64,000 bases of DNA from a virus. Under the pieces are notes generated by a model, which was not told the origin of the DNA, made no database searches, and saw only the letters and a program-made list of their open reading frames with translations. Position numbers and translations under genes: made by a program. Numbering within the stretch: position 1 is the stretch's first letter; each line of letters begins with the position of its first letter. Shown here piece after piece: positions 20,936 to 30,283 of the stretch. The stretch spans positions 95,578-159,577 of the IMG/VR virus record IMGVR_UViG_3300045988_160236; one strand, written 5' to 3'.

Positions 20936-21407
20936 AGATTCTTTCAAATATAGATTTTGCAATAGGAGTAGAACTTTCAGGAATACTGGTCTGTTTATGT
21001 GTAATCTCTGAATGTTCCTTAGTATAAAACTCTTCAAGTTCTAAAATAAGTGGCTTTATCACAGTAAGTTCTGCAAATGACAATGTACAATAATAGTCAT
21101 CGTATATATTTTCTACATTCTCACCATGATTCGTTTTTACTATAACATCCTTAACAGTAAGAATGTTATCAGAAAATTTAAAATCCTCTCTATCTAATTT
21201 CCTTGCAAATAAATTCTGTAAGAATATCGTTTCTAGAGCCTCTGGTTCAACTCTATCACCATAGATGCAATCAGAAGGATCTAATTCAGCTTCTTCACAC
21301 ATAATAGGAAAACTATCCCCATTGGAATTAAATCTAGTAAATAACCTAAGCAACCAGGTTGCTTCAGAGCGATCCCACCCAAGGATGTCTAATAAAAATT
21401 CTTCCAT
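20910..21407 (-). CDS. hypothetical protein (165 aa)
   Basis: ORF track. Confidence 0.35.
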   Translation of the reverse strand: MEEFLLDILGWDRSEATWLLRLFTRFNSNGDSFPIMCEEAELDPSDCIYGDRVEPEALETIFLQNLFARKLDREDFKFSDNILTVKDVIVKTNHGENVENIYDDYYCTLSFAELTVIKPLILELEEFYTKEHSEITHKQTSIPESSTPIAKSIFERIYGSKTSRR

Positions 21408-22172
21408 CTATTTAATTGGTATATCAAGGTTATAAATTCTCCTATGACCAACATTATAGTATTGATTATGAGGAGCATCCATTAAGTAGCAAAAGATTCC
21501 AGCATCAGTTGCTTCCTTATAATTTTCATATTTATCGTCGATAAATATATCAATTTTTAAATCACGTAAATGTGCCAATTTACTTTGATCCCAAGGGACA
21601 ACATGAACTGGAGCACATGGAAGGCCATTCTTTTGTAAACTTTCTTCAATCCATTCAACTGGAATATTCCGAGCAGTTATATAATAATCTACTTCGAAAC
21701 AAGGTTTATGTAGAATTGGGATATTTACCCAAAAATCCTTATCTTTTTCTAACTGCTTTAAATGCTCTGACATTTCATAATTAGCTTTCCAATAAGGATT
21801 CATTTTAGTGCCAAACTTAGCTTCATATGCACCATTGAAATCAAAGATGACATTATCTAAGTCTAAGGCAACTATTGGTTTTGTTGTGGGAGCCATAATT
21901 CTATCATCCCCTTGGGGATAAATATGATAGAATTCGCATAGAATTAATGCATTATTGGCTACCTCTGCTATATTGAGCAGTCCTTCTTCAGTGTAATCAT
22001 TTCCCATCTCAAATTCGTTGAGATGCTTCTTAAGAGATGAAAGAACTTCTGTCCATTTCATCCCTTTTTTCCACTGATTTTCTTCATATGTGTCCAACTT
22101 TCTAGTTAGGACACGAGATATTTCTTTAATCCCATGTGCTGGAACTAAATCATATCTAATTTTTTCTTTCAT
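21408..22172 (-). CDS. HAD-like hydrolase domain protein
   Basis: 'VALDLDNVIFDFNGA' DxDx(V/T) motif in the C-terminal half. Confidence 0.35.
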   Translation of the reverse strand: MKEKIRYDLVPAHGIKEISRVLTRKLDTYEENQWKKGMKWTEVLSSLKKHLNEFEMGNDYTEEGLLNIAEVANNALILCEFYHIYPQGDDRIMAPTTKPIVALDLDNVIFDFNGAYEAKFGTKMNPYWKANYEMSEHLKQLEKDKDFWVNIPILHKPCFEVDYYITARNIPVEWIEESLQKNGLPCAPVHVVPWDQSKLAHLRDLKIDIFIDDKYENYKEATDAGIFCYLMDAPHNQYYNVGHRRIYNLDIPIK

Positions 22173-22175
22173 TGT

Positions 22176-23489
22176 TTAATATGTTCTAGGATCAAATAAT
22201 ATAATTCCAGATGCTGCAGAAATAGACGAAGTCACACTAAACATATCTGATGAAGTGGATGCTTTATCCAGATGTATAACTACCCAATCCCCATCCTGAT
22301 TTTTACAAATCCCTTTGAATTCTGTTGAGTACCAGGAACCTTCAATATAGACATATTCTTCTGGACACGATGCTAGATATTCACTACAACAAACCTCACC
22401 ATTGTGACATGCGTAATCAGTTTTAACGTAGACAACTTTGCTATCTGGAATCCAATCTTGCATAATTTCTGACCATGACATACAAGAAGTACATCCTGGT
22501 GTATCAAAGTATTCTGAATATACTAACTCATCCTCGTCACTATATTGGCATCCACAATTCTCACATTGATATTCTTCATCCCAATCCTCTGAATCTTCGT
22601 AATTTCCATCTGTAAACGAGCATGTGTAGGTATTACGTCTTCGATATGTTGTTAAGACCTTCTCCTCAAGATCTAAATATCTAAAACTATCAATATAAGG
22701 CCATTCAGGATAAATCTTAACTAAGTTCAAAACAAAGTGTTCAGTTACAGGTTCAGTATAGTTATCCTTTGGAGATAAAAATACTTGATCGTCACCATCA
22801 CTAAGAAGGCAATTACTCTCTCGGATATACCATTTATTTTCTTTAGCATAATTAACGAAGATATTATATAAAGAATCTTCTATGTAATAAACACGATCCA
22901 TAAAGGTTTTATCCCCAATAGTCCATACTAAAGCTCTCGCTGCTAATTTGTCCTTCTTTAATGCGACCAGCATTCGACACTCTGGTTGTGTACAATAGAG
23001 ATCAAAATAACCACTACATTCTTTATGAGACATACATGAATTACCCAAAGTATTAGTAATGGCATAATAATTTTCCGAATCATACCAGTATCTAATGTCT
23101 TCTCCTTCTACCAATTTAATTTCATATCCACCATAAGACCAGAGTGCTTTAAGAGCATATACAAATTTTTCATAATCAGAGTTAGAAAAGACACCAGTTC
23201 CAATTACTTTTTGTATAATTTTACCAGGTTTTCCTGATTGTCTGTTCTTTTTTGCCCATTTACCACTTTTAGTATATTCAGGAGTACAGCCTTTAGGAAG
23301 AAATGAAACTTCGAAAGCATCAGTTTTAAGAGTTAGTTGCCGTCCATAGTCTGACAATTTTTCCTTAATTGCATTTATAAACCCTTCTAAAACAGTATCG
23401 GGAATTGGAAACAAACTTTCAGAGTTCTCTGCTTTTGTCTTAGTATAAATTTTAATTAATTGATTAGCTTCCAGAAGATACTTAGACAC
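22176..23489 (-). CDS. hypothetical protein with Cys-rich C-terminal region (437 aa)
   Basis: ORF track; 'CENCGCQYSDED…CTSCMSWSEIM…CHNGEVCCSEYLASCPEEY'. Confidence 0.35.
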   Translation of the reverse strand: MSKYLLEANQLIKIYTKTKAENSESLFPIPDTVLEGFINAIKEKLSDYGRQLTLKTDAFEVSFLPKGCTPEYTKSGKWAKKNRQSGKPGKIIQKVIGTGVFSNSDYEKFVYALKALWSYGGYEIKLVEGEDIRYWYDSENYYAITNTLGNSCMSHKECSGYFDLYCTQPECRMLVALKKDKLAARALVWTIGDKTFMDRVYYIEDSLYNIFVNYAKENKWYIRESNCLLSDGDDQVFLSPKDNYTEPVTEHFVLNLVKIYPEWPYIDSFRYLDLEEKVLTTYRRRNTYTCSFTDGNYEDSEDWDEEYQCENCGCQYSDEDELVYSEYFDTPGCTSCMSWSEIMQDWIPDSKVVYVKTDYACHNGEVCCSEYLASCPEEYVYIEGSWYSTEFKGICKNQDGDWVVIHLDKASTSSDMFSVTSSISAASGIILFDPRTY

Positions 23490-23576
23490 TTTATCTTCAT
23501 TATTTGCAACTAGTCATGCCAATTTATCCTCAAAACTCTCTGAGAGTAATTGTAATGTAATAAATTCCGATTTCAT

Positions 23577-24674
23577 TTAAAACAAATTTAATGATTCTTT
23601 TCTTATTTCATTCAATATTGATTTGACTAAATCTGGATCTACTGAATGTGGTAAATCACTGTCTTCAAATTTTTGCTTCAACCCTTTAATTTGATTTCTT
23701 GCTGATTCAAGTAATTCTTCTAAAGATACTTTTCCATGTCTAATAGATAGTAAATATTCAGGGTTCTTAACTCTAACATTAATAGTTTTAAGATCTAAGA
23801 TATCATTAGCACATTGTAATAATCTTATACAATGTAACATATTTTTGCCATCGATCTTTTGTCCATGATTTTGAATATCTACATATCTTTGTGTGTTTCT
23901 TTCTTTCAGCCAAGTTTGGTAGGAATTATAGTCTTTACAATGCTCTCCCCAACCATTCCTATTGTAGTAAAGGTTGCACCTACACATAGGAATTTGCCAT
24001 TCTGGAATCTCTGAAAGTAGTAATTCAACATCATTACAAACTCCTTTATATCCAAAATCTTTCCAATCTTTATATCTAGGATTAGACAAGTCTTTGGTCT
24101 TAGACATTTCTTTAATGTCATCATACCACAAAGCATAAAGATTCTCTGAATCATTGACTTTAGCAAGTCCACAGCAATCCTCATGCATCTGATTACGCTT
24201 TAACCATTCAGCAAGAGGATATGTTTTACAGTTATCAATAACTTTTAGAAAATCAATTGGCCTTTTTCTTTTTACTTTATCAGCCTCCCAATTCATTTTC
24301 TTATTTAGCCCTTTAGCCTTTTCTACTTGTTGGTATGCATAACCAGCAAAACTAAAGTAGCATTGTTTAGTTAGAAATGCACTTCTATGTTTCGATATAA
24401 TATCCCACAAAGGGTGCTTTTCTAGAATACAATCTTCAGGAATATACAAAAGTTCCAACATTGTAGGATTTCCACTACAAAGTAGTTGCAAAAATCTTCT
24501 AACTTCATATAAGCAGGCATCCTTATCCAGGTTAATCTGTTCCTTATATTCCATCCCTAAGACTTCCATAGGATCCTGAAGATATACTCCCTTTGTATCA
24601 ATGTCAGAGTCAGGCGTATTTGTTCCATACGCCTGACTTCCAACAATTGCATTTAACAATATGATTTTATTCAT
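23577..24674 (-). CDS. Pol-beta-superfamily nucleotidyltransferase (minimal NTase / KNTase-like)
   Basis: N-terminal 'GSQAYGTNTPDSDIDTKGV' (GS-x-AYG…SDxD). Confidence 0.5.
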   Translation of the reverse strand: MNKIILLNAIVGSQAYGTNTPDSDIDTKGVYLQDPMEVLGMEYKEQINLDKDACLYEVRRFLQLLCSGNPTMLELLYIPEDCILEKHPLWDIISKHRSAFLTKQCYFSFAGYAYQQVEKAKGLNKKMNWEADKVKRKRPIDFLKVIDNCKTYPLAEWLKRNQMHEDCCGLAKVNDSENLYALWYDDIKEMSKTKDLSNPRYKDWKDFGYKGVCNDVELLLSEIPEWQIPMCRCNLYYNRNGWGEHCKDYNSYQTWLKERNTQRYVDIQNHGQKIDGKNMLHCIRLLQCANDILDLKTINVRVKNPEYLLSIRHGKVSLEELLESARNQIKGLKQKFEDSDLPHSVDPDLVKSILNEIRKESLNLF

Positions 24675-24844
24675 CCTTTAAAGCTTTACAGAAACTATAG
24701 CATAACTGTCCAGCTAATGAACCAAGGTCAGAAGTTTCTGTTACTGGAGGATCAAAGTACAATTTAAACTCTAAATCTCCAACATCGTTTAATCAACAAT
24801 CCACGATACTGTCTTGTGCTAAAGTTTCATCTCTAAAAATTACT

Positions 24845-25753
24845 TTACAAGTTTTCATAATTGAAATTAATTTCCTTAATAGGAGTAAGATTAAAGGAAC
24901 TTGGAGTAACCATAATCTTCTCTCCTAAAATAAGGTTTTTAGATAGACTTTCAGGAGGATATAAATAGCATCCTAACTTATTTTGATTACATAAAGAGTC
25001 ATAGAAATGTGCTCCAAATGCAACTTGTTTAAAGTCTATATCTTGTTCAAGAAGATATTCAAATGCTTCTTGCGAGTATTTATTTGATGACCGACCAGAA
25101 GGCATCAAAGGAAGTAGTACAAAGTATAGAACAATATCTTTATATTGATTATAAATTTTAATAAAGTCATCAACAGACTTTTTATCACTAATTATATAAT
25201 GAATATTGATATTAGTGTTCCCAAATTCATGCAGAAGTACTACAGCACTTCTCCAAGCAGAATCTATTTCTGGATTCCATGTATTTGCTGAAACAGCAAC
25301 TCCTCCTACATATTTGGAAGTGGCTGCTAAAATTTCTTCTGCATTACCATCATATTTGGCTATTGAGATTCCATTAGTTGTATAGTTAGGAACGATCCCC
25401 AAACTATATATTGTTTTGAGAAACTCACAAAACTCAGGATGAATTGTAGGTTCTCCTGTAGAACCAATTGCAATCTGAAAAGGTTTCTCATTCTCAGTCA
25501 TGTTGCCAAAGAAAAATTTAGCCTTTTCACATATATGATCATGATTTACTCCTTTAGATGTGGCTCCAACATAACAAAATGGGCATCCTAGATTACAAAG
25601 AGTATTAATTCCAACATCGTAGAATTCTGGGTAATCTAATTCTTTAGCTTGCCCAGAACCTAATCGAACAGTCTTTAAATCATGCCAAATTGCATTATAA
25701 TTCTTATCTGGGAATACTCTTTTCTTAATTCCCCATGCTTTCCAATCTTTCAT
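24845..25753 (-). CDS. radical SAM enzyme
   Basis: CxxxCxxC cluster 'CNLGCPFCY' near residue 55; GGE-like 'GSTGEPT'. Confidence 0.55.
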   Translation of the reverse strand: MKDWKAWGIKKRVFPDKNYNAIWHDLKTVRLGSGQAKELDYPEFYDVGINTLCNLGCPFCYVGATSKGVNHDHICEKAKFFFGNMTENEKPFQIAIGSTGEPTIHPEFCEFLKTIYSLGIVPNYTTNGISIAKYDGNAEEILAATSKYVGGVAVSANTWNPEIDSAWRSAVVLLHEFGNTNINIHYIISDKKSVDDFIKIYNQYKDIVLYFVLLPLMPSGRSSNKYSQEAFEYLLEQDIDFKQVAFGAHFYDSLCNQNKLGCYLYPPESLSKNLILGEKIMVTPSSFNLTPIKEINFNYENL

Positions 25754-25758
25754 TTTTA

Positions 25759-26082
25759 TTAAGAATCAAAAGAAGCATTTTGTTCAAATATATCCATTAT
25801 ATTAGATAAATATTTGGCAGCTTCAGTGTAGTTTTCTTTTTTTGGGATAACTTTATAACCTCTATCATAATAGTTATAGTACTCATCAGGTTCTTCCTCT
25901 AACTCAAAGGTAAATAAGTCATCTGCTGTAAGTGTAGAATCAGCGATTTTTAAGATACTATTAACAATATCTTTTAATCTATCTAAAGTATATTCTGTAC
26001 AAACCGTATAAATCTCTGTACTGCTGTTTGTAATTACATCAGAAACAGATTGTATTTTAATTATAATTCTCTCCATCTTCAA
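25759..26082 (-). CDS. paralog family protein A (107 aa) with conserved N-terminal 'IQSVSDVITNSSTEIY' motif
   Basis: Shares an N-terminal motif with the next two ORFs. Confidence 0.45.
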   Translation of the reverse strand: MKMERIIIKIQSVSDVITNSSTEIYTVCTEYTLDRLKDIVNSILKIADSTLTADDLFTFELEEEPDEYYNYYDRGYKVIPKKENYTEAAKYLSNIMDIFEQNASFDS

Positions 26083-26389
26083 CAGTAAATGAATTATCCC
26101 CTGGAAAATGCTCCTTTAATAATTGTTTTATTAAAGTGTACATCTGTCTTCCAGTCTTTTCATGGTCTTCTGAGTAACTAATCTGAAACGTAATAACATA
26201 TCTAGATTCATCAATTGTAAAGATATCAGAAGGACTTGAATACTTAACACCATCAGGAAGGAATGAATTAAGATATTCCTGAACCATCTTTATTGAATCT
26301 TCAGATAAAGAAGATATAGCACAAAAGATCTCACTAGATGAATTTGTAATTAAATCCGATTCAGATTGTATATTTATTTTTATTTTCAT
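26057..26389 (-). CDS. paralog family protein B (110 aa), 'IQSESDLITNSSSEIF'
   Basis: Tandem paralog. Confidence 0.45.
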   Translation of the reverse strand: MKIKINIQSESDLITNSSSEIFCAISSLSEDSIKMVQEYLNSFLPDGVKYSSPSDIFTIDESRYVITFQISYSEDHEKTGRQMYTLIKQLLKEHFPGDNSFTVEDGENYN

Positions 26390-26390
26390 A

Positions 26391-26897
26391 TTATCCTAAA
26401 TGATAGCGGGAACCAAAGGTCATCATCTTTTCTTGTCGCTCCCAATCTGGATTTTCCCCTTTTGAGAAAACAAAAACTAAGTTTGGATTAAGTTTTTGTT
26501 TAATGAGTTTATCCCAACCTTCTTTGAGTCGTAATCGAGAAATTTCCCATTTTTCAGAATTTGGATCCCACTCTTTATAATTTTTGTAAAGATCATTTGG
26601 GTCAATATTAAATTCTCTAGCCCAACGAGTTTGTCTACTTGTTTCTCTAGTTATTCGTTTATTGTCCCAGTTCCAATCATAATTGTCGTAAGCATAAGAA
26701 AGATACGTTTCTAAAGAGTTGGGACTTAAATCCTGTACTGACTGTGGGTCATCATATTCGTGCTCCCATCCTGGAACATTAGAATCTAACATATCACTTA
26801 CAACTCCAGTGGTTCCAGTAAATACAAACAGCTCACTAGAACTATTTGTAACCACATCAGTAAATGATTGAATTTGAAATACAAATAATGTTTTCAT
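26391..26897 (-). CDS. paralog family protein C (168 aa), 'IQSFTDVVTNSSSELF'
   Basis: Tandem paralog, with a longer W/D/N-rich C-terminus. Confidence 0.45.
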   Translation of the reverse strand: MKTLFVFQIQSFTDVVTNSSSELFVFTGTTGVVSDMLDSNVPGWEHEYDDPQSVQDLSPNSLETYLSYAYDNYDWNWDNKRITRETSRQTRWAREFNIDPNDLYKNYKEWDPNSEKWEISRLRLKEGWDKLIKQKLNPNLVFVFSKGENPDWERQEKMMTFGSRYHLG

Positions 26898-26907
26898 ATA
26901 ACAAAAA

Positions 26908-26933
26908 AGAGTAGAAGATCCCTCTTCTACTCT
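26908..26933 (-). terminator. rho-independent terminator (minus strand)
   Basis: 11-bp perfect hairpin agagtagaaga/tcttctactct with a 4-nt loop, followed on the minus strand by TTTTTTGTT. Confidence 0.55.
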
Positions 26934-27025
26934 TTCAATTTAATTAATTTATAAAATTCTTCTTTAGGAATAATAACAACTTCTCCAGCTGAGCAAATAT
27001 TAGTCTGCTTTTTAACTTGTTTATT

Positions 27026-27322
27026 TCAGATTAAAATAAATGGTTTATCCTTTAATGGACACTCTGCACTTATTTGATGATATGCTGGAGTATTCTGAGT
27101 ACACTTTAACTGAACATAGTAAGGAAACTGGTTTTGAGTATCAATCAAATCTACTTTCTTATCATCAGTAGATTTAGACTCAGACCTGGAGGTAACAATT
27201 CCTTCATATCCTAATTCCCTAAGTTCCTTAGCTATTTTAGTTTCATATGAATGTCCTTTAGTTCTAGAGTATGATTTAGACCTCTTCTTCTTTGGACTTT
27301 CTTCTTCTTTCTTCTTCGGCAT
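27026..27322 (-). CDS. small PD-(D/E)XK-like nuclease with basic N-terminus (98 aa)
   Basis: 'SYETKIAKEL…VDLID…YVQLK' E…D…QxK pattern; lysine-rich N-terminus. Confidence 0.35.
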   Translation of the reverse strand: MPKKKEEESPKKKRSKSYSRTKGHSYETKIAKELRELGYEGIVTSRSESKSTDDKKVDLIDTQNQFPYYVQLKCTQNTPAYHQISAECPLKDKPFILI

Positions 27323-28319
27323 TAACCTTAAGTTTAGCTTGTTCGATTAAGTTCAATGTTTTTTCCCTACCATACTTCTTATAATAGTCAGAAATATCTT
27401 TCGCGCCAAAATGACGGGGGATTCATAACACATAAACATCTGGAAATTGTTTTCTAAACTTATTCATGTGAGTTATTCCAGCAGAGTCATTATCGTAAAA
27501 AAGAATAATTTTTTTAAATTTTTTACTTAGCCTTTCAAATTGAGCCTCTGTAACAAAACAGTTCTCAGAAATTGGGGCTATAGCTGTAATACCACAACTA
27601 TATAAACATGCAACATCTTTTAAAGATTTAGTAATTGCAAGATATTCTCCTCCCTCTTTGGGAAGAGCATGTGCTCCCTGCAACCTAAAAGATTTTCAAT
27701 TAGATATAAATTTATACTTTGTATTGCCAGGAAAATATATTCTCCAGCGTTCAATATCTTCTCGAATACCTCCAAAATACCCAAAAACTAATTGTTTATC
27801 TTTATGAAGATGAAATATGTTTCCATTTAGAAAAACGTTCTTACAGGAAAATATTCTAAATTTCCTTAATATTTTTCTAGTAACTCCAAATTTTAGCCAT
27901 CAATCTAACTCATACTGCTCAAAATCCTTCACTTCTATTTGTATAATAGCTTCTTGTGTTTCCTCAAACTTTTTATTTGTATATTTAATAAGAGGGGGAT
28001 TAACTTGCAGCTTAGGTCGAGAGACTATTCCAAAGTCATTAGCAATAATATTTAAGGCTTTTCCGTAAGAGCATTGAAATTTATACATTACAACCGAAAT
28101 GAAATTACCTGAAAAATCACCACGGAAGTCCTTAAATATAAGATCTCCTTTCTTGTTTCTATAAAAAGCACAAGTGGGTTTATTATCTTGTCTTAACGGA
28201 GATTTTAGGAGCCCCTTTTTCACAGGGACTCCTAAATAATGCTCCATTAAAGTTTCTTCACTTACACTGTTCAGAATTAGTTCTTTAGTAACAGTGGTCG
28301 GTCCTAATGTAAATTGCAT
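27276..28319 (-). CDS. DNA primase (DnaG/TOPRIM type); in-frame TGA at 27423, 27696 and 27900
   Basis: TOPRIM 'ILFYDNDSAGI', Zn-binding N-terminal region; three fragments in one frame; true stop is TAA at 27276-27278. Confidence 0.7.
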
Positions 28320-28333
28320 TTAAACTTCTAAAT

Positions 28334-29023
28334 TTAGAAAGGCAAATCGTCGTCATCAATTGAACTGGAACTCTCTTCTTCCAATTCATCAATATCACGA
28401 CGCATGCTGTCGAGTTCAGAACCAGTATTAGCCATATTAGTAGGCTGAGCAGCGTTTGCTTTATCAATTTGTGCCTTTTCATAGGCAGATAAAGTTAGAT
28501 CCTGCCCAATGAATGAAGTACTCAAGAAGAGATCTCCATTCTTGCTGATTCTTGCAGGAAATCCTGGAAAACCACAGAAACGACCATTAGGCAGAAGTTT
28601 AATCTGAACCTCTGTACCAACTACTGGATCGAGAATCTTCTTAACCAGTTTAATAAGAGTGTCAAAATCACTTGGTGCAAACTTGGCAGTCCCATCCTGA
28701 ATCTTTTTATGTGCAGCAGGATTTAGTGCAGCAATAATATGCATAAGTTTACACATAAACTGTTCTGCCTGAGAAGGATCAGTAATAGCTGAATTGAAAC
28801 GATTAGGCATACGTTCTGAGGACTTAGGCTCGAACATACGCTCATTATGAAGAGCACCTACTTCTCCTTCATCAACACCCTCAAAGGAAAAATCAATTGT
28901 TGAATATTCGCTAGTTCCTTTCTCAACACCAGTGAATCTTACATTGTGAATACCTGCACGCAAATAACTCGCTGCGGGTTTAACCTCAGCACGAGCCGCG
29001 CTGGTAGCATCATACATTCCCAT
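28334..29023 (-). CDS. single-stranded DNA-binding protein
   Basis: Acidic C-terminal tail 'SIDDDDLPF' (SSB DDDIPF-type tip); 229 aa. Confidence 0.55.
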   Translation of the reverse strand: MGMYDATSAARAEVKPAASYLRAGIHNVRFTGVEKGTSEYSTIDFSFEGVDEGEVGALHNERMFEPKSSERMPNRFNSAITDPSQAEQFMCKLMHIIAALNPAAHKKIQDGTAKFAPSDFDTLIKLVKKILDPVVGTEVQIKLLPNGRFCGFPGFPARISKNGDLFLSTSFIGQDLTLSAYEKAQIDKANAAQPTNMANTGSELDSMRRDIDELEEESSSSIDDDDLPF

Positions 29024-29038
29024 ATTATTTATTTTTTA

Positions 29039-29539
29039 TTAAAAAGGTAATTTATCTAATTCTTCAAAATTTGTTATATCTAAATCAAGGGTCTCCTCTT
29101 TTAATTCCTCTGAAGCCAATTCTGTACTAGAATCTTCAGTAACTGCTATCAGGTCAAATACCTGATCTCTAGTACTTTGCTCTAGTTTGAATATAGAACC
29201 ATATTGTAATAGCATAGTTCTTTGCTTACCTTTAAAAGAAACAGTATTTGATTTAGTTAACTTGTTCCCAGCATCTTTATCCGCAAACATTTCAGATTTG
29301 CCAATAAGAGGAATAGTTACCTCATTAGATTTTTGAGAATAAGCAATTGAGATTCTATCTCCAGCAGTTGCTCCGATTAGAGCGGCTGCTTCAGGGGAAA
29401 TAATTAACTTATTTTCTCCTACTTCAATGATTGGTTGTCCATTAGAGTTAACCTTTGGTTTTGAAGATTTAATTTCTTCACACTTTAAGTTACTAATAGA
29501 CTTGGTTGTTTCATCAAATTCAAATGTTACTTTAAACAT
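29039..29539 (-). CDS. hypothetical protein with acidic C-terminus ending '…EELDKLPF' (possible second SSB-like or mediator protein)
   Basis: C-terminal tail similar to the SSB tip. Confidence 0.3.
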   Translation of the reverse strand: MFKVTFEFDETTKSISNLKCEEIKSSKPKVNSNGQPIIEVGENKLIISPEAAALIGATAGDRISIAYSQKSNEVTIPLIGKSEMFADKDAGNKLTKSNTVSFKGKQRTMLLQYGSIFKLEQSTRDQVFDLIAVTEDSSTELASEELKEETLDLDITNFEELDKLPF

Positions 29540-29544
29540 ATGAT

Positions 29545-30282
29545 TTATTTAGACAGAGAGGGATAGATTCTCTCCCAATGAGATACAAATGTACCATCTT
29601 CTTGATACTCAGCTACAATGATATCTTTATTTGCCAAATGAGCAGGACGAGCACCACAAAGTACTTCTCCATTCATACCAAAATTGATACACAAATTAGA
29701 CTCTTCATCACGATGAACAAATCCAATTGCATCAGATTTAGCAGATAATACTCTTTTAGTTTTACCTACAAGATCAAGATCTTTTACAGATCCATCAAGA
29801 CCTTCAGATAATGCTGTATCTTTAACGTGACCACAAATAATTAAGTTAGGAGCAGCAGAGGCAATTAAGTCAATAACTGCTTCCAGTGCCTGTCTCCAAA
29901 AACTATATCCAGTTCCATTGGGAATTTGTGTAACGTCCTTAATTTCATACTTTGTAGTAAACTGAGGAGAATTTTGCCACATTTTAAGAGCCATATCTTT
30001 GGTCATTTCTTCTAAGGCTGTGATTGTATCAATTGTAATATAAGTATATGGCTTTCCTGCATCCTTGATAGCTTTAATAACCTCTTTCAGCTCTTTTAAA
30101 CTAGAAACCTTAACTTTAAGAGCATCTACATATGTAGAACCATTTTCAAAGTCAAGAATAAGATTATTTTCCAGTGTACTAAGAATGGTAGTTTTTCCTA
30201 CTTTAGGAAGTCCAAATAGAATTAAGTTTTTAGGATCCTGAGTTTCAGCGGGAACCTTCGCTGTTGGTAATACAATAGACAT
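29545..30282 (-). CDS. RecA-fold ATPase (Sak4-like recombination ATPase)
   Basis: Walker A 'GLPKVGKTT'; 245 aa; lies within the replication module. Confidence 0.5.
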   Translation of the reverse strand: MSIVLPTAKVPAETQDPKNLILFGLPKVGKTTILSTLENNLILDFENGSTYVDALKVKVSSLKELKEVIKAIKDAGKPYTYITIDTITALEEMTKDMALKMWQNSPQFTTKYEIKDVTQIPNGTGYSFWRQALEAVIDLIASAAPNLIICGHVKDTALSEGLDGSVKDLDLVGKTKRVLSAKSDAIGFVHRDEESNLCINFGMNGEVLCGARPAHLANKDIIVAEYQEDGTFVSHWERIYPSLSK

Positions 30283-30283
30283 A

